64,000 bases of DNA from Macrostomum lignano (Eukaryota): assembly GCA_002269645.1 (NCBI GenBank), contig NIVC01003292.1, positions 1 to 64,000 of the forward strand. The letters run 5' to 3'. The notes under the pieces are model-generated. The model ran no database searches. It was not told the DNA's origin and saw only the letters and a program-made list of their open reading frames with translations. Each line of letters starts with the position of its first letter. The stretch's first letter is position 1. This document shows, piece by piece, positions 34,525-47,500 of the stretch. The translations under genes and the position numbers were made by a program.

Positions 34525-35302
34525 AGCCTTAGTTACACACCTCTACTAATTAGGAATTAGCCTTAGCTCGTAGTTACACACCTCTACTAATTAGGAATTA
34601 GCCTTAGTTACACACATCTACTAATTAGGAACTAGCCTTAGTTACACACCTCTACTAATTAGGAATTAGCCTTAGTTACACACCTCTACTAATTAGGAAT
34701 TAGCCTTAGTTACACACATCTACTAATTAGGAACTAGCCTTAGTTACACACCTCTATTCACTAGGAATTAGCCTTAGTTACACACCTCTACTAATTAGGA
34801 ATTAGCCTTAGTTACACACCTCTACTAATTAGGAATTAGCCTTAATTACACACCTCTATTAATTAGGAAGCAGCCTTAGTTACACACCTCTACTAATTAG
34901 GAACTAGCCTTAGTTACACACCTCTACTAATTAGGAATTAGCATTAGTTACACACCTCTATTCACTAGGAATTAGCCTTAGTTACACACCTCTACTAATT
35001 AGGAATTAGCCTTAATTACACACCTCTATTAATTAGGAAGCAGCCTTAGTTACACACCTCTACTAATTAGGAATTAGCCTTAGTTACACACCTCTACTAA
35101 TTAGGAATTAGCATTAGTTACACACCTCTACTAATTAGGAACTAGCCTTAGTTACACACCTCTATTAATTAGGAAGCAGCCTTAGTTACACACCTCTACT
35201 AATTAGGAATTAGCCTTAGTTACACACCTCTACTAATTAGGAATTAGCCTTCGTTACACACCTCTATTAATTAGGAAGCAGCCTTAGTTACACACCTCTA
35301 TT
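34525..35302. repeat. 34-bp minisatellite (gaattagccttagttacacacctctactaattag), about 22 copies
   Basis: Regular tandem array between PPP1R11 and RPB8; no unique spacers. Confidence 0.98.
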
Positions 35303-35501
35303 GATGCTTAATATTCCCTTGTACTACAAAAAGGAATTAAAATTCTCACAGCCTACTCATGTTGTGAAATTTCTCAGTAGTACGAATTGAATTAATGAGA
35401 ATGACGTTAGATTGACAGCCGTGCTAAGAATCGCCTTCAGTTACTAGTTCAACAATTATCAAAACTTTGCAGCAACTAACCCGGTCAATTGTAACTCCAA
35501 A

Positions 35502-35963
35502 ATGGCCGGCACAATATTCGAAGACATATTCGACGTTAAAAATGTTGAGAAACGTTTCGATCGAGTTTCACGCCTATTCTGCGAATCGGAATCGTTTAAA
35601 ATGGATTTAATTCTAGACGTTAATACTATGGTTTATCCTGTGCAGCTGGGCGAAAAGTTCCGCTTAGTGATTGCGTCCAGCTTGCGAGAGGATGGCCTAG
35701 TTGATGACGGAGAGTTCGACCCGCTGATGTGGCAGGACGGCAGCGGTGGAGGCGGTGGCAGTCGTAGCAGAGCTGATCAGTTTGAATACGTGATGTACGG
35801 CAAAGTTTATCGACTAGAAGGTGAAGGCTCCAGTGATAGTCGTCTGGCCGCCTACGTGAGCTATGGCGGCCTGCTGATGCGACTGATGGGCGAGGCCAGC
35901 AATTTGAATAGTTTTCAAATGGACTCGCATGTCTATTTGTTAATGAAGAAGTTGGCCTTTTGA
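35502..35963 (+). CDS. POLR2H: RNA polymerases I/II/III shared subunit RPB8 (RPABC3), single coding exon
   Basis: [60 protein letters not shown] and [12 protein letters not shown]. Confidence 0.97.
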   Translation: MAGTIFEDIFDVKNVEKRFDRVSRLFCESESFKMDLILDVNTMVYPVQLGEKFRLVIASSLREDGLVDDGEFDPLMWQDGSGGGGGSRSRADQFEYVMYGKVYRLEGEGSSDSRLAAYVSYGGLLMRLMGEASNLNSFQMDSHVYLLMKKLAF

Positions 35964-36167
35964 GTGTACTTTTATTTTGTGTTATAATTGCCCAGAATTT
36001 AACAGTTAGATAGAATCGAGTACTTTGCGACCATAGACTAATTAAATCATAAGCCTTGTACATCTAAATTGGTTGGGTAGCTTGGATTTAAGGGTCATTC
36101 CACAGATAATAGAATAACTGGATACTATCTACTCTTCTTTGCCCACTTGTGTCTGACTTTACTTTTC

Positions 36168-36622
36168 TCTCATTGGCTGAGCTTGATTGGGCCTACCCCC
36201 CTAGGCTGAGAGTTTCGTCCGCCTGACTATGACCTCTCTCTTTACTGCTCTCTCATTGGCTGAGCTTGATTGGGCCTACCCCCTAGGCTGAGAGTTTCGT
36301 CCGCCTGACTTTGACCTCTCTCCTTACTGCTCTCTCATTGGCTGAGCTTGATTGGGCCTACCCCCCCCCTAGGCTGAGTTTCGTCTGCCTGACTTTGACC
36401 TCTCTCCTTACTGCTCTCTCATTGGCTGAGCTTGATTGGGCCTACCCCCCTAGGCTGAGAGTTTCGTCCGCCTGACTTTGACCTCTCTCCTTACTGCTCT
36501 CTCATTGGCTGAGCTAGATTGGGCCTACCCTCTAGGCTGAGAGTTTCGTCCGCCTGACTTTGACCTCTCTCCTTACTGCTCTCTCATTGGCTGAGCCAGA
36601 TTGGGCCTGCCCCCCCCCTAGG
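36168..36622. repeat. 82-84-bp tandem repeat, about 5.5 copies, two inverted CCAAT boxes per unit
   Basis: Unit ctctcattggctgagcttgattgggcctacccccctaggctgagagtttcgtccgcctgactttgacctctctccttactg. Confidence 0.95.
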
Positions 36623-37014
36623 AAACTCTTAGCTGCCACTGCAAAGACAATCTACTGAAAGCACTTTTAATTTTACTTGTAGCTTAATACTAGGTAATGT
36701 ATATGTTGCATTTCTATGTAAGACGGTAACTAGGAGTTAATTTAAGTGCGTAGTATACTTTTAACTCATTTGTAACCGAAAAGAAACGTTTGCTAGTTTT
36801 TGTGACATTTTTAAAATTTTTTTTTAACTGCGCAAGTGCAAACGTTTATGCTAATTTCTGTTAAAGTACATTTTTGCATGCTTAGCTAAGCTGAAAGTAA
36901 TATACTAACCTTTTTGTGGGGACGTTTTTGTGTCATTACCACGGGATTTTTCAGCTCTACTTTCTGTCAATTAAAAGCATTGGCCAAATTAAAAATCGTC
37001 CTTTAGAATCACTC

Positions 37015-37255
37015 TTGTAATCTAGTATGAGAATCACCCTTTACTCTCGTAATCTACCATGAGAATTGCCCCCTATTCTCGTAATCGTCTATTAGAATTG
37101 CCCTCTATTCTCGTAATCGTCTATGAGAATCGCCCCTTATTCTCGTAATCGTCTATGAGAATCGCCCCCTACTCACGTAATCGTCTATGAGAATCGTTCC
37201 CTGCTCACGTAATCTACCATGAGAACCGCTCCCCTCTATTCTCTTAATCGTATGT
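37015..37255. repeat. Degenerate 32-bp tandem repeat, about 7 copies
   Basis: ctcgtaatcgtctatgagaatcgccc units upstream of the FERM-PTP start. Confidence 0.85.
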
Positions 37256-37939
37256 GAGCATCGCTAATGAGTCATACTTTTAAATCAATATTGTATTGTT
37301 ATTCTGTTAGCCTACAGTTAGTTTGTTGCAATCCGAGTATTTGATGAATTCATTCATGTCGTAAAATAAGCAAATACAAATGCCAAAAATGGCTGACTGC
37401 AAGCAGCTTGAGAAAAAGAATTTTTCTTTTATGTCTTTGTTTTATTTTATTTTTATTAGCATTGGTAGCTCAAGGTAATTAAATGTATGAACACAGTGCA
37501 TTAAATCCAGTGGCCCAATTACACACTTGAATGTGTGTCGTGTGTGTCCTCTCTCTGTAAATAATATTATGCATATAGATAGTATATATTTGGTTAGGTT
37601 ACGTCTTGACGGCCAGTAGCTGAATTCCGAACTGAGCTTCGAAACTTTCTTCCCAGATAGCTACTTTAGAACAGCATAGAACGCTACATGCACTGCATAG
37701 AATTGTCCAAATTTGTACGTAACTGCCATTCTATTGTATAATGTAGTGAGTTCTCTCACTCAGTGCGTGGCTCTTTCTGTCTTGCATTTCTTTTTTTGGC
37801 CTGCGCGTATAAATTTTCATTACAGTACACTATACTTCTGTTTTTTATTACAAATGTATTAATTCTCTTCTCTCTCTCTCTCTGTCTTCAGCGAAATCTG
37901 CCAAGGCATCTGCCAAAGACAAGCCGACGACAAATAACC

Positions 37940-40900
37940 ATGCCGGGTTTTCGTTTGAAATTTCAACGCAAACATCGGTATGATATATCTGCTAAAGGCT
38001 ACTTTATAGTGTCTGTCACTCTACTGGATGGCACCACAATTGACCAGACGGTCACGTCGGAGACTTGCGGCAAAGATTGTATTCATTTTGTGGCACAGAA
38101 AATTGGCATCCGCGATGTTAATTACTTCGGCCTGCAGTACCAGTCGCCGAAGGGCCAGCGATGGGTGAATCTGTCCAAACCTGTCAAGAGGCAGCTGGAT
38201 AAATATGCTGTGGATCATTCTCTGAGATTTGGAGTCATGTTCTTTGTTGAGGATCCCTATGCTATTGTGGATGATGTGGCTAGGTGAGTAAACTCTCAAA
38301 ATGCCAGATTTTTCTTTTACTGGGCTACCTCCAGCCTCCCAGATCCTCAGTTGCTGGGCCACCAGCCTCCCAGATCCTCAGTTGCTGGGCCAGCCTCCCA
38401 GATCCTCAGTTGCTGGGCCAGCCTCCCAGATCCTCAGTTGCTGGGCCACCAGCCTCCCAGATTCTCAGTTGCTGGGCCAGCCTCCCGGATCCTCAGTTGC
38501 TGGGCCAGCCTCCCAGATCCTCAGTTGTTGGGCCAGCCTCCCGGATCCTCAGTTGCTGGGCCAGCCTCCCAGATCCTCAGTTGCTGGGCCAGCCTTTCAG
38601 TGTTTCCCATGCCAGAATCATTAACTCTACTAAAATATTTTTAGAAGCCATTTTTGGTGCTTTTTTGTTACGCTTTTTTTAACTGTACAGAAAGTGAATT
38701 TCTCATAAGAGAATTTTTCCAAAACAACTTCATGTATCGCAACTACCTTTTGCATTTTGAAAAAACAACAAACGCCAAACAGTACTGCGATGTGACACAA
38801 GTATTATAGTTTTAAACGTTACATGGTAGCCACAATGTATGGGCAGTAGTCTATTTTGACAAGGAGGAAATGTAATAAATTGTTTTTTCAATTACATAAT
38901 CAATAATGAACGCAAATAAGTGACACAATGCACATGAGTTTGTAATAAGCCATTGACGCAGGTATGAGTAAAAAAAATTTATAGATAAAAATTTGGTGCA
39001 CAACTGACAGGCGCGATAAATATTGCACAGTAACAATATGAGTAGCAATAACGGAAGCCAGTACGTTAGAAACATAAAGACTTAGGATAACTTCAATTGA
39101 ACATGCAATTGAAAAGTGTCTAGTTGAGAATGCATACTGAAGTAGATATAAAAACAAAATGTTGTAAAAAGCAATATAGCAGGCACATAAGGAAGATTAA
39201 ATAGCACACACTCACATTTGTATTTTAAGGGAGAAATCATCCTCTGTACTAAATCACAACCTAAAAAGAAACTTACTGAAATGGGAATGCTTAGCAGAGC
39301 AAATAAACAAAAGATATAAACTGAGGTCTTCATTGTTAGTTAAAGTATACAAATCGCTTTGCCAGTTAGATGCGCAGTAACAGCGATAGTATGACACCTC
39401 ACAAAGTAGTCAATACCTAGGGAGGAACTGGGTTAGGGATACTTGATACTTGTGACAAAGCGTGTTTGAAAAAAAGGTGTTTAAGTTTTTTGTTCGCCTC
39501 TTGAGCACGTTAAGATAAGTCTTCAAAGTCTTATTTGCCAGTGAGAAAGTTCTCTTGGTCTATTCTGAAATAAAAGATGAAAATTGTCGCGATGGTCGTG
39601 GAAATTCAGAGGGAATCTACTTGCTAGGCTACAGGGAAGATCAGAAAGCGACCACGAATCCGAAAGCCTTTCACCAAGCTAAACATCCAGGAAAATACAC
39701 GGCGAGTAAGGGAAAGAGATCCTCGACTGGCTGTATGCGATGCAATGCATTGGAAGTAAGCACGAGCAACTGAATGCCACACAGATAAATACGAAATTTC
39801 CCAGCTTTCTTGTACTCGTATGCTGCATTATCATTCCAACTGACTTCAAAACCATGATCTCATTAATGAGCTTACGGAGAGGCTTTCCAAATCCACGGTA
39901 TAGCTGTACTGAATAGACTCAGCTGACGGCCTGCCCGGCTTTGGAGCACTGGACAAAAATTGGCCAAAATTCTGTCCTCACTCTTCCAAAGTGGCAAGCC
40001 GTCGATGTTGACTTTGAAATCCAGAAAATGTCCGCTTCGCTGAGAACTTGACACCCATCAACTTCAAGGCTACGAGTATTTGAATACTTATGCTTATCGA
40101 AAGATACGTCAAGTTTCCTCTTTACATGGCTTCCTTGCCAACAGTTGAGCTAAATTAAATTAAAATTAACAAAACTGGAAGTAGCACAAAATTTAAAAGT
40201 GGATCTACTTCCTAATCCGATTTTTGCGGTCTTCAGCATCATCTTCCAGTTTGGTACGATAGTTTACTTCCGTTTGCGGGCTTCAAAAATGCTTTCCAGC
40301 TTCCCATTCCATCCCAGGACGCAAGCCTTCGCGAGACTGGTGTCAGGCAGGTGGAGCACGTGCCTCATTCGCTTTCAGTGTGCTACTTCAATTTTATGGC
40401 GGATGACTTCCTCTTCTCGCTCCAGATTTAGTGGTACCTCGTCAACCAAAAGTTGATACAAGCCATCGTTGTCGAAAATAGACTAAAAAATGATTCATGC
40501 TCACACACTCACCACGAAAACAATCATTAATCACGTCTTCCCCTAGATCCATGGCTACCTCGCTAGTTGCAGCATCAGACGCAGCCAAACCAACGTCTAT
40601 CCCTGCTAAATGCTTATCCGCCTCTCGAAGAACCTTACGTCGAGAAGCCTTAAAAAAATTGGGGATTTATACCTTATACCTCGGGTTGAGAAAGAAGCCT
40701 AAAACGAAGAGAAACGTTAAATTTTTCTACTAAAATTTTATAAAAAGACAAAATAAAAAAATAATAAACAATAAAACGTTAAAGGAATAGAAAGAACCGC
40801 AGTGATATAACTTGTCAAAATATATCTGTTAAGCTTAAGCTCAGCTCCATTCAGTCACTCGTGACTGTCTTCCAAATCTTCAGCTTCATAGAGGCCGGAG

Positions 40901-43900
40901 GCCTCCTTGTCCTTGCTCACAGAGCTGCCACAATCGCCTCTTCAACAACCTTGACATTCAGGCTGGTCGCTGGTGTCAATGTTGCACTTGCACATATACT
41001 CCTTAATGAAGTCCTCTAGCTTGCCCTTGATTTTTATCTTCCCATCTGTAACATGCCTGTTGCACCTTGCCATAACTTCGTGCATAAACAATGCACACAA
41101 TAGCTCGTATACGACGGACCAGTTCTTTATCAGAGTCTCTAGCTAAGCGATTCAGATACTGTAGGATCCTATGCTTCTTGTCAGGTTGATCAAGCCAGGA
41201 AATTAATTCATTAACACCCGCCATTGATGAGACCTGATACATTGAATCTTTAAAAATCAAGACATCCGAATTGCCAACAGCAGACTGCAGAGGATAGCAC
41301 GCTCACCCATCATTATATAATTCAAGCTTTCTCCCCAGAGTGAGAACCTTGCAAATGACAGCGTAGAAAATTATCTGACTCCATTTGTGTTTCGTCTGAT
41401 TTCATGTCGCTCCAGTGGCCTGTAGTAGTTAACATTGATCTGTAGTAGACATTTATTGCTTGTGGCCTCTTGGCATGCGTGGCGACTGGTGGTGGTGGCA
41501 GTGCACACAGTGATGACATTTGTCGCATGGCTACAGGACTAAATCTTGAAGCAGGGAGATTAGCAACTAGTGTGGCAAACTCAGTGGTATGTGAATGCCT
41601 TTTGTTTGAAGCACACTCCCTGGAGTTATCACTCAATGGCTGGGAACCATTATCAATATGCTGCAAGTTCTCTTGTGTTGCAAGTCTTTCGAACTCTGTG
41701 GCACTGCCAGACCGATCAGTGCCAAAGCAGTTAAATGTTTTCCAGACAAACCGCTTTGTGGGTTCAGACACGCGGCTGGCGTCGTCCAGATCACGCAGCA
41801 TTCACTCGATTGGCCACTTTTTGTAATTCTTGTGTTCTGTGAAATTATTTAAAACTGGCTGAAGAGATGATTTTGCATGATCTGCCTGCACAACTATTAC
41901 TGAATGCGGCTTATCAACGTACTGTGCAGAGGCAACCACAATCTCTGATGACAGTAAAAGAAATCGGTTAAGTTGTTGAATGTTTAAGAAGGTTAAACTA
42001 ACATTATTGGTCGAGCCGACGCATCTCGACGAAAGCGGTCATAATCAGGGGCATTAATGAACAATTAATTTTCTAACAATATAAATATGTACGTACATAT
42101 AGTCCAATAGACGGGAGACAGTTGATAGGCATTTCGGAGCACAATCTCTGATGAAGCTTTAACATTTTAACAAGTGCCTCGAAGTGACTTAGGCTAATGT
42201 CAGTCTGATTGCTATGACTGAATCTCAATAGTCTTGTCAGTTGGAAAATACAACAGGAGATTTGAAATGTCTTTAAAAGCCGATATCGGAGGCTGAAAGG
42301 GTGAATAAAAAGAAATAAATATGTTTAATTCTTATCACATATGAAGAAACGTATGTCAAGAGATCTGGTTGACATAGGATTATTATAATATTACTATATA
42401 GTAATGAAATAATGCTAGGCCAGCCTCCCAGATCCTTGGGCTCTCTTCAGCCCCAGGACGCGTCTAAAACCCTTTAAGCAGCACATGTTGCATGTAGTTT
42501 TGATCATTCGCTTGATGTATCAAAACCCGCAGAGAATTGTACTACCTGCAGCTGCGCTACAACCTACTGAGCGGGCTCATTCCCTGCTCACTGTCCAGAG
42601 CCATCACCTTGGCGGCCTACGGATTTCAAGTAGACTTTGGCGATTGTAGTCAGGCTAATTTATCGTTCGACTATTTGCTGGACTATCGGCACATTTCTAA
42701 CGATCTGATGCCTGTTAACGACTCCGATTATAAGAACATTGTTGAAGAGATACTTAAACAGTATCAGATGCTTGAGGGCACCGACTGCAAGATGGCGCAG
42801 TGCATCTACATTGAATTGATTCAGAAGAATACGCCGCACTTTGGTGTCGCTTATTTTCCTGCTAAGGTAAGTTTGTTCTGTACTAGATAAAAATGGCGGG
42901 GGGGGCGTAGCCCAGCGGGCTAGCGCAGGCTCTGGTGTGCCAGCGACCCAGGCTCGATTCCAAGTGCAGTCACATTAATTTGGGGCTGAATTGGAATCTC
43001 GGCTTGGCTCTGCTCGTGCAATTAACGGCCTTGAGAGCCAACCCCCCAAGGCGCAGTGAAGTGTACATTCCTAACGATAAAATAAAGTTAGGGCCGCTGT
43101 ACACTCCTGTGTGAGTGTGTGCCTGTGCGTATGACTGCGTACGTATCCGCGCGCTTGTGTGCCTGCTCAGGGGAGTCGGCGGAATGGGCAGTAATGCCTC
43201 TCGCCGGTTGTGTGTTGATGTCGCTTAAAGTGCGCCAGGGTGCACACAACCCCCCTGCCTCTAATAAAATAAAAAAGATAAAAATGGCGGTTCATTTTAA
43301 ACTTACATTTTGAACTCTTCATTAGAATCCCCTAAACTGGGATTTTTAATCCTGTCTCTCAGATCCCATTATATTGGGATTCTTAACCATGTCTCTCAGA
43401 TCCCCTTATATTGTGATTCTTAACCCTGTCTCTCAGATCCCATTATATTGGGATTCTTAATCCCTGTCTCTCAGATCCCCTTATATTGTGATTCTTAACC
43501 CTGTCTCTCAGATCCCCTTATATTGGGATTCCTAACCCTATCTCTCAGATCCCCTTATATTGGGATTCTTAATCCTGTCTCTCAGATCCCATTATATTGG
43601 GATTCTTAATCCTATCTCTCAGATCCCCTTATATTGGGATTCTTAATCCTATCTCCAGATCCCATTATATTGGGATTCTTAATCCTGTCTCTCAGATCGC
43701 ATTAGATTTGGATTCTTAATCCTATCTCTCAGATCCCCTTATATTGGGATTCTTAATCCTATCTCTCAGATCCCATTCTTCATCCTCTGAAATCCCATTA
43801 GATTAGGATTCTTAATCCTGTTTTAGATTAGTTCCTTACAGTAACCGCTTTATGATTTGGGTCCAGTCCAACATTGTTCTCAAATTATCGCTAGAAACTG

Positions 43901-44544
43901 TTAAAATGGTGAAAATCCCATTTATAAAACAACTTTCAGACGCGCAAAGGCCAGGACGTGAAGCTGGGATTGTCTCAACGCGGTGTCCGACTGTTCGGCA
44001 ATGCCGACATGGGCGAAGTCGACCTTCGCTGGTCAGACATTGCCAGATTTCAGGCCGCCGGTAGGAACTTCTCCATCGCCAGGAATGGCGGCTCCGGCGG
44101 CAGCAACTTGCAGTTGCGCTTAGACGATCCAAAAACGGCTAAATATGTGCTGCAGTACTGCGCTCAGTTGCACGCCTTCTACATCAACTACTGTGCTAGG
44201 GTTGTGACACCTCCGCAACAGCAGCAGCAGACTGCCGCACCAATAACTCCAACTGGCATTGTAGCCACAGCTGTGCCTGTTGTTGTCACCTCGGCAACTG
44301 ACGATCAGGCCATTGCTACTGCAACCGTAGATAGTACTACGCCAACTAATACCTTCGCTAATAGTAATCATAAGCATAATAGTCAGGCTATGACAGTCTC
44401 TAATGGCAACAATCATAGCGATTATAATACTTCGTCTTGGCAACAACAGCAGCAGCAGCAGCAACAGCAACAGCAGAAGCCGATGCATATACGTTTGCCA
44501 TCGTATCGTAAAGCTGCAGACTATGCAGCTTTGATTCGTCAGCG

Positions 44545-44580
<36 letters not shown>

Positions 44581-47500
44581 CGTCGTAGCCACAGCAGATC
44601 TGGAGCCGCCGCCAAAATATCCGGTGTCGATTGCTGCAGCCAATGCCGCTGTTGCCGCGGCAACCGGAGGCGGCTCAACAACAACGCCAGGGGCCGATTT
44701 AGATTTGGAATGTCCGGCTAGTAAAACTGTTAGAAACTATCTTCACTCGCTTGAAAGCGACGGACTGTTGTTGGATAAGCCGCAGCCTCCTCAGCAGCAG
44801 CAGAATCTTGCAAATATGCTGCTTTCAAAGCAACAACAACAGCAGCAGCAACAGATTATGACCGAATCTGGTGATTATGATCAGCCGCAATTCTTGATTA
44901 CTCAACAGCATCATCAACAGCCAGCCTTTCCTTTGTCAACTATTAAAGCTGATGATTGTTACGACGAACGGGATTATTATCCTCAGCAGCAGCGGCATCA
45001 TCATCTTTATCAGCATCATATTTATGATAATTTGCCGCAACCGGATCTGCTTCTTGCTAGCGGTGTTGGCGCTCCAATTGGCGTTGGCGCTGTTAATAAA
45101 AATGTCACCTGCAGTACCCCGGATCTGCATCATCTGCTTAGCGTGTTGGATAAGGTAACTTACAAAGGGCCCGCGATAAAAAAATTTAACGTTTTGGATC
45201 GCTTAGGATGACCTTGACCTAACGGGTCATTTAATGCCACGTTGAATAGGTCATTTAAGATCATCTTGACACCTTGATCTAGTCGGTCATTTAAGATTGC
45301 ATTGATCTAGCGTGTCATTTAAGGTCAATTTGGTAATTTAAGTCGCAATGATCTATGGGTCATTGAAGGTCACATTGATTTATGGGGTCATTGAAGGTCA
45401 CATTGATCTAGCGTGTCATTTAAGGTCAATTTGGTAATTTAAAGTCGCAATGATCTATGGGGTCATTGAAGGTCACATTGATCTAGTGGATCATTGAAGG
45501 TCACATTAATCTATTGGGTCATTGAAAGTCACATTGATCTAGTGGATCATTGAAGGTCACATTGATCTAGTGGGTCATTGAAGGTCACATTGATCTAGTG
45601 TGTCATTGAAGGTTACAGTGATCTAGTAAGTCACATAAAAAATTAAATTCATCTAGTAAGTCATTTAAGGTCGCATTGGTCTAATTGGTCATTTATGCTC
45701 GCAATAATCTAGTGTAGTGGGTCATTTAAGGTCAAATTGATATAGTGGGTCATTGAAGGTCACCTTGATCTGTCGGGTCAACTGACGTCACTTTGTGCTT
45801 CTGGTCATCAGAGATCAACATCCTCTTAGTGTATTGGGTCATTTGATGTCACTGATCTAGATAGGGGTCAAGGTCACAGTAGGCTATTTTAATGTTAAAT
45901 GACGTCACCTTATAAGCAACTCCCCCCCCCGATTCCCAGGGCGAGACCCAGCTGGCTCATCGTCTGGTCCGCGACTTCCAGCAGACCTCGGCAGCAGCCG
46001 CTGCGGCCGCCAACGCCTCGTCGTCAACTGGCGTTGCCGTGCCAACCAGCCTCAGTCATCATCACAGCACGCCGAATCTGCACAGCCCAACATCCGCTCC
46101 AATCAATGCTAAACTGCCCCTGATAGCGGTGGAGGCTGCCGCTGTTAGAGAGCCGCCAGCTCCGGCCTACTCAGCCAGCCGTTGCTACGAGAATCTGAGA
46201 CCTCGACCGTCGTCAAATCGACTACCGGCTAAGCCGCCAGCCGCTCTGGCTTTGACCAGTTCGAATAGTTTGAATAATGGCCGGCAGCAGTTGAATGACT
46301 CTGCTGGCTATAAAACTCTTCACCAAGCTCAGCCGATCCCTGCGTCGCGTTCCCGCTCCTTGTCTTGCTCGTCAGAATCTTCTGCCTCATCATCGAGCTC
46401 TTCATCTTCCTCTGCATCGTCGGCTGTGATTGACATCGCCTCCGCTGCCGCCATTGAAGCTGACGCCGCTGAAGGCTCCATCGGTACGGAATCCTTTCAA
46501 AGCGACGATGTACACGAACAGCAGCAGTATCTGGACGAGTTGGACAATGATATTGCTGTCCAGGGTGGCGGAGGATATTCAAGAACTTCATCATCTGATG
46601 GGGCTTGTTCGGTTGGCGAGGTGCCCGTTAATAGCTCTGTGAGTGGCAGGTTTTTGGCTGGGTTCAATAACTATTGCTTGATCCATGTCAATTCGTGTCA
46701 TCTTATTTTGAATCTATGTCATGAAAACTTCAAATTATCCCAGTTTTTAATCCAATTAATCCCCATCATCAGATCCCAACTTCCCATCATTATCAGATTC
46801 CAATTCCCATCATCAAATCCCAACTTCCCATCATTATCAAATCCCAAATCCCCATCATCATCAGATCCAAATTCCCATCATCATTAGATCCCAAATCCCC
46901 ATCATTATCAGATCCCCAATCCCCAACATCAAATCCCCAATATCCATCACCAGATCCCGAATCCCTATCACCAGATCCCTAATCACCATCACCAGATCCC
47001 TAATCCCCATCATCGGATCCCGAATCCCCATCATCGGATCCCGGATCCTCATCACCAGATCCCGAATCCCCATCATCGGGGATCCCAAACCCCATCAACG
47101 GATCCCGAATCCCCATCATCGGGGATCCCAAACCCCATCATCGGATCCCGAGTCCTCATCATCGGATCCCGGATCCCATCATCGGATCCTGAATTCGCTC
47201 CACCTGTTTAGTTCTCAAAAATTTCTCATTTGTTTTATCCACAATATAATCGCCACTCTTTTCTTGACAGCTCAACGTGAAACCATCTCTGACCGTGAGC
47301 ACAGCCAATCTGCTCTGGGAACAAAGCGAACTGTCAATCAACTATATGCCTCGAGACGAAAGGGTATGCTAATTGCATTTTTAACCTATTATATTGCTAA
47401 AGTTTTTAATTTTTCTAAAGCTATAAAATTATTGTATTTAAATCACTAATCCGAATCAGCCCTAATCCCAATTTTTACCGTCCTTAATCCCAAATCCCTA

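Noticed and set aside
34525-35302. CRISPR-like regular arrays (also 57135-59455, 48640-50040, 12545-13133)
   Set aside because: Units are head-to-tail with no unique spacers, no cas genes are present, and the context is eukaryotic.
36168-36622. Hammerhead-like GTC..GACGAAAC on the minus strand of the 83-bp repeat
   Set aside because: No CUGANGA core or stem I.
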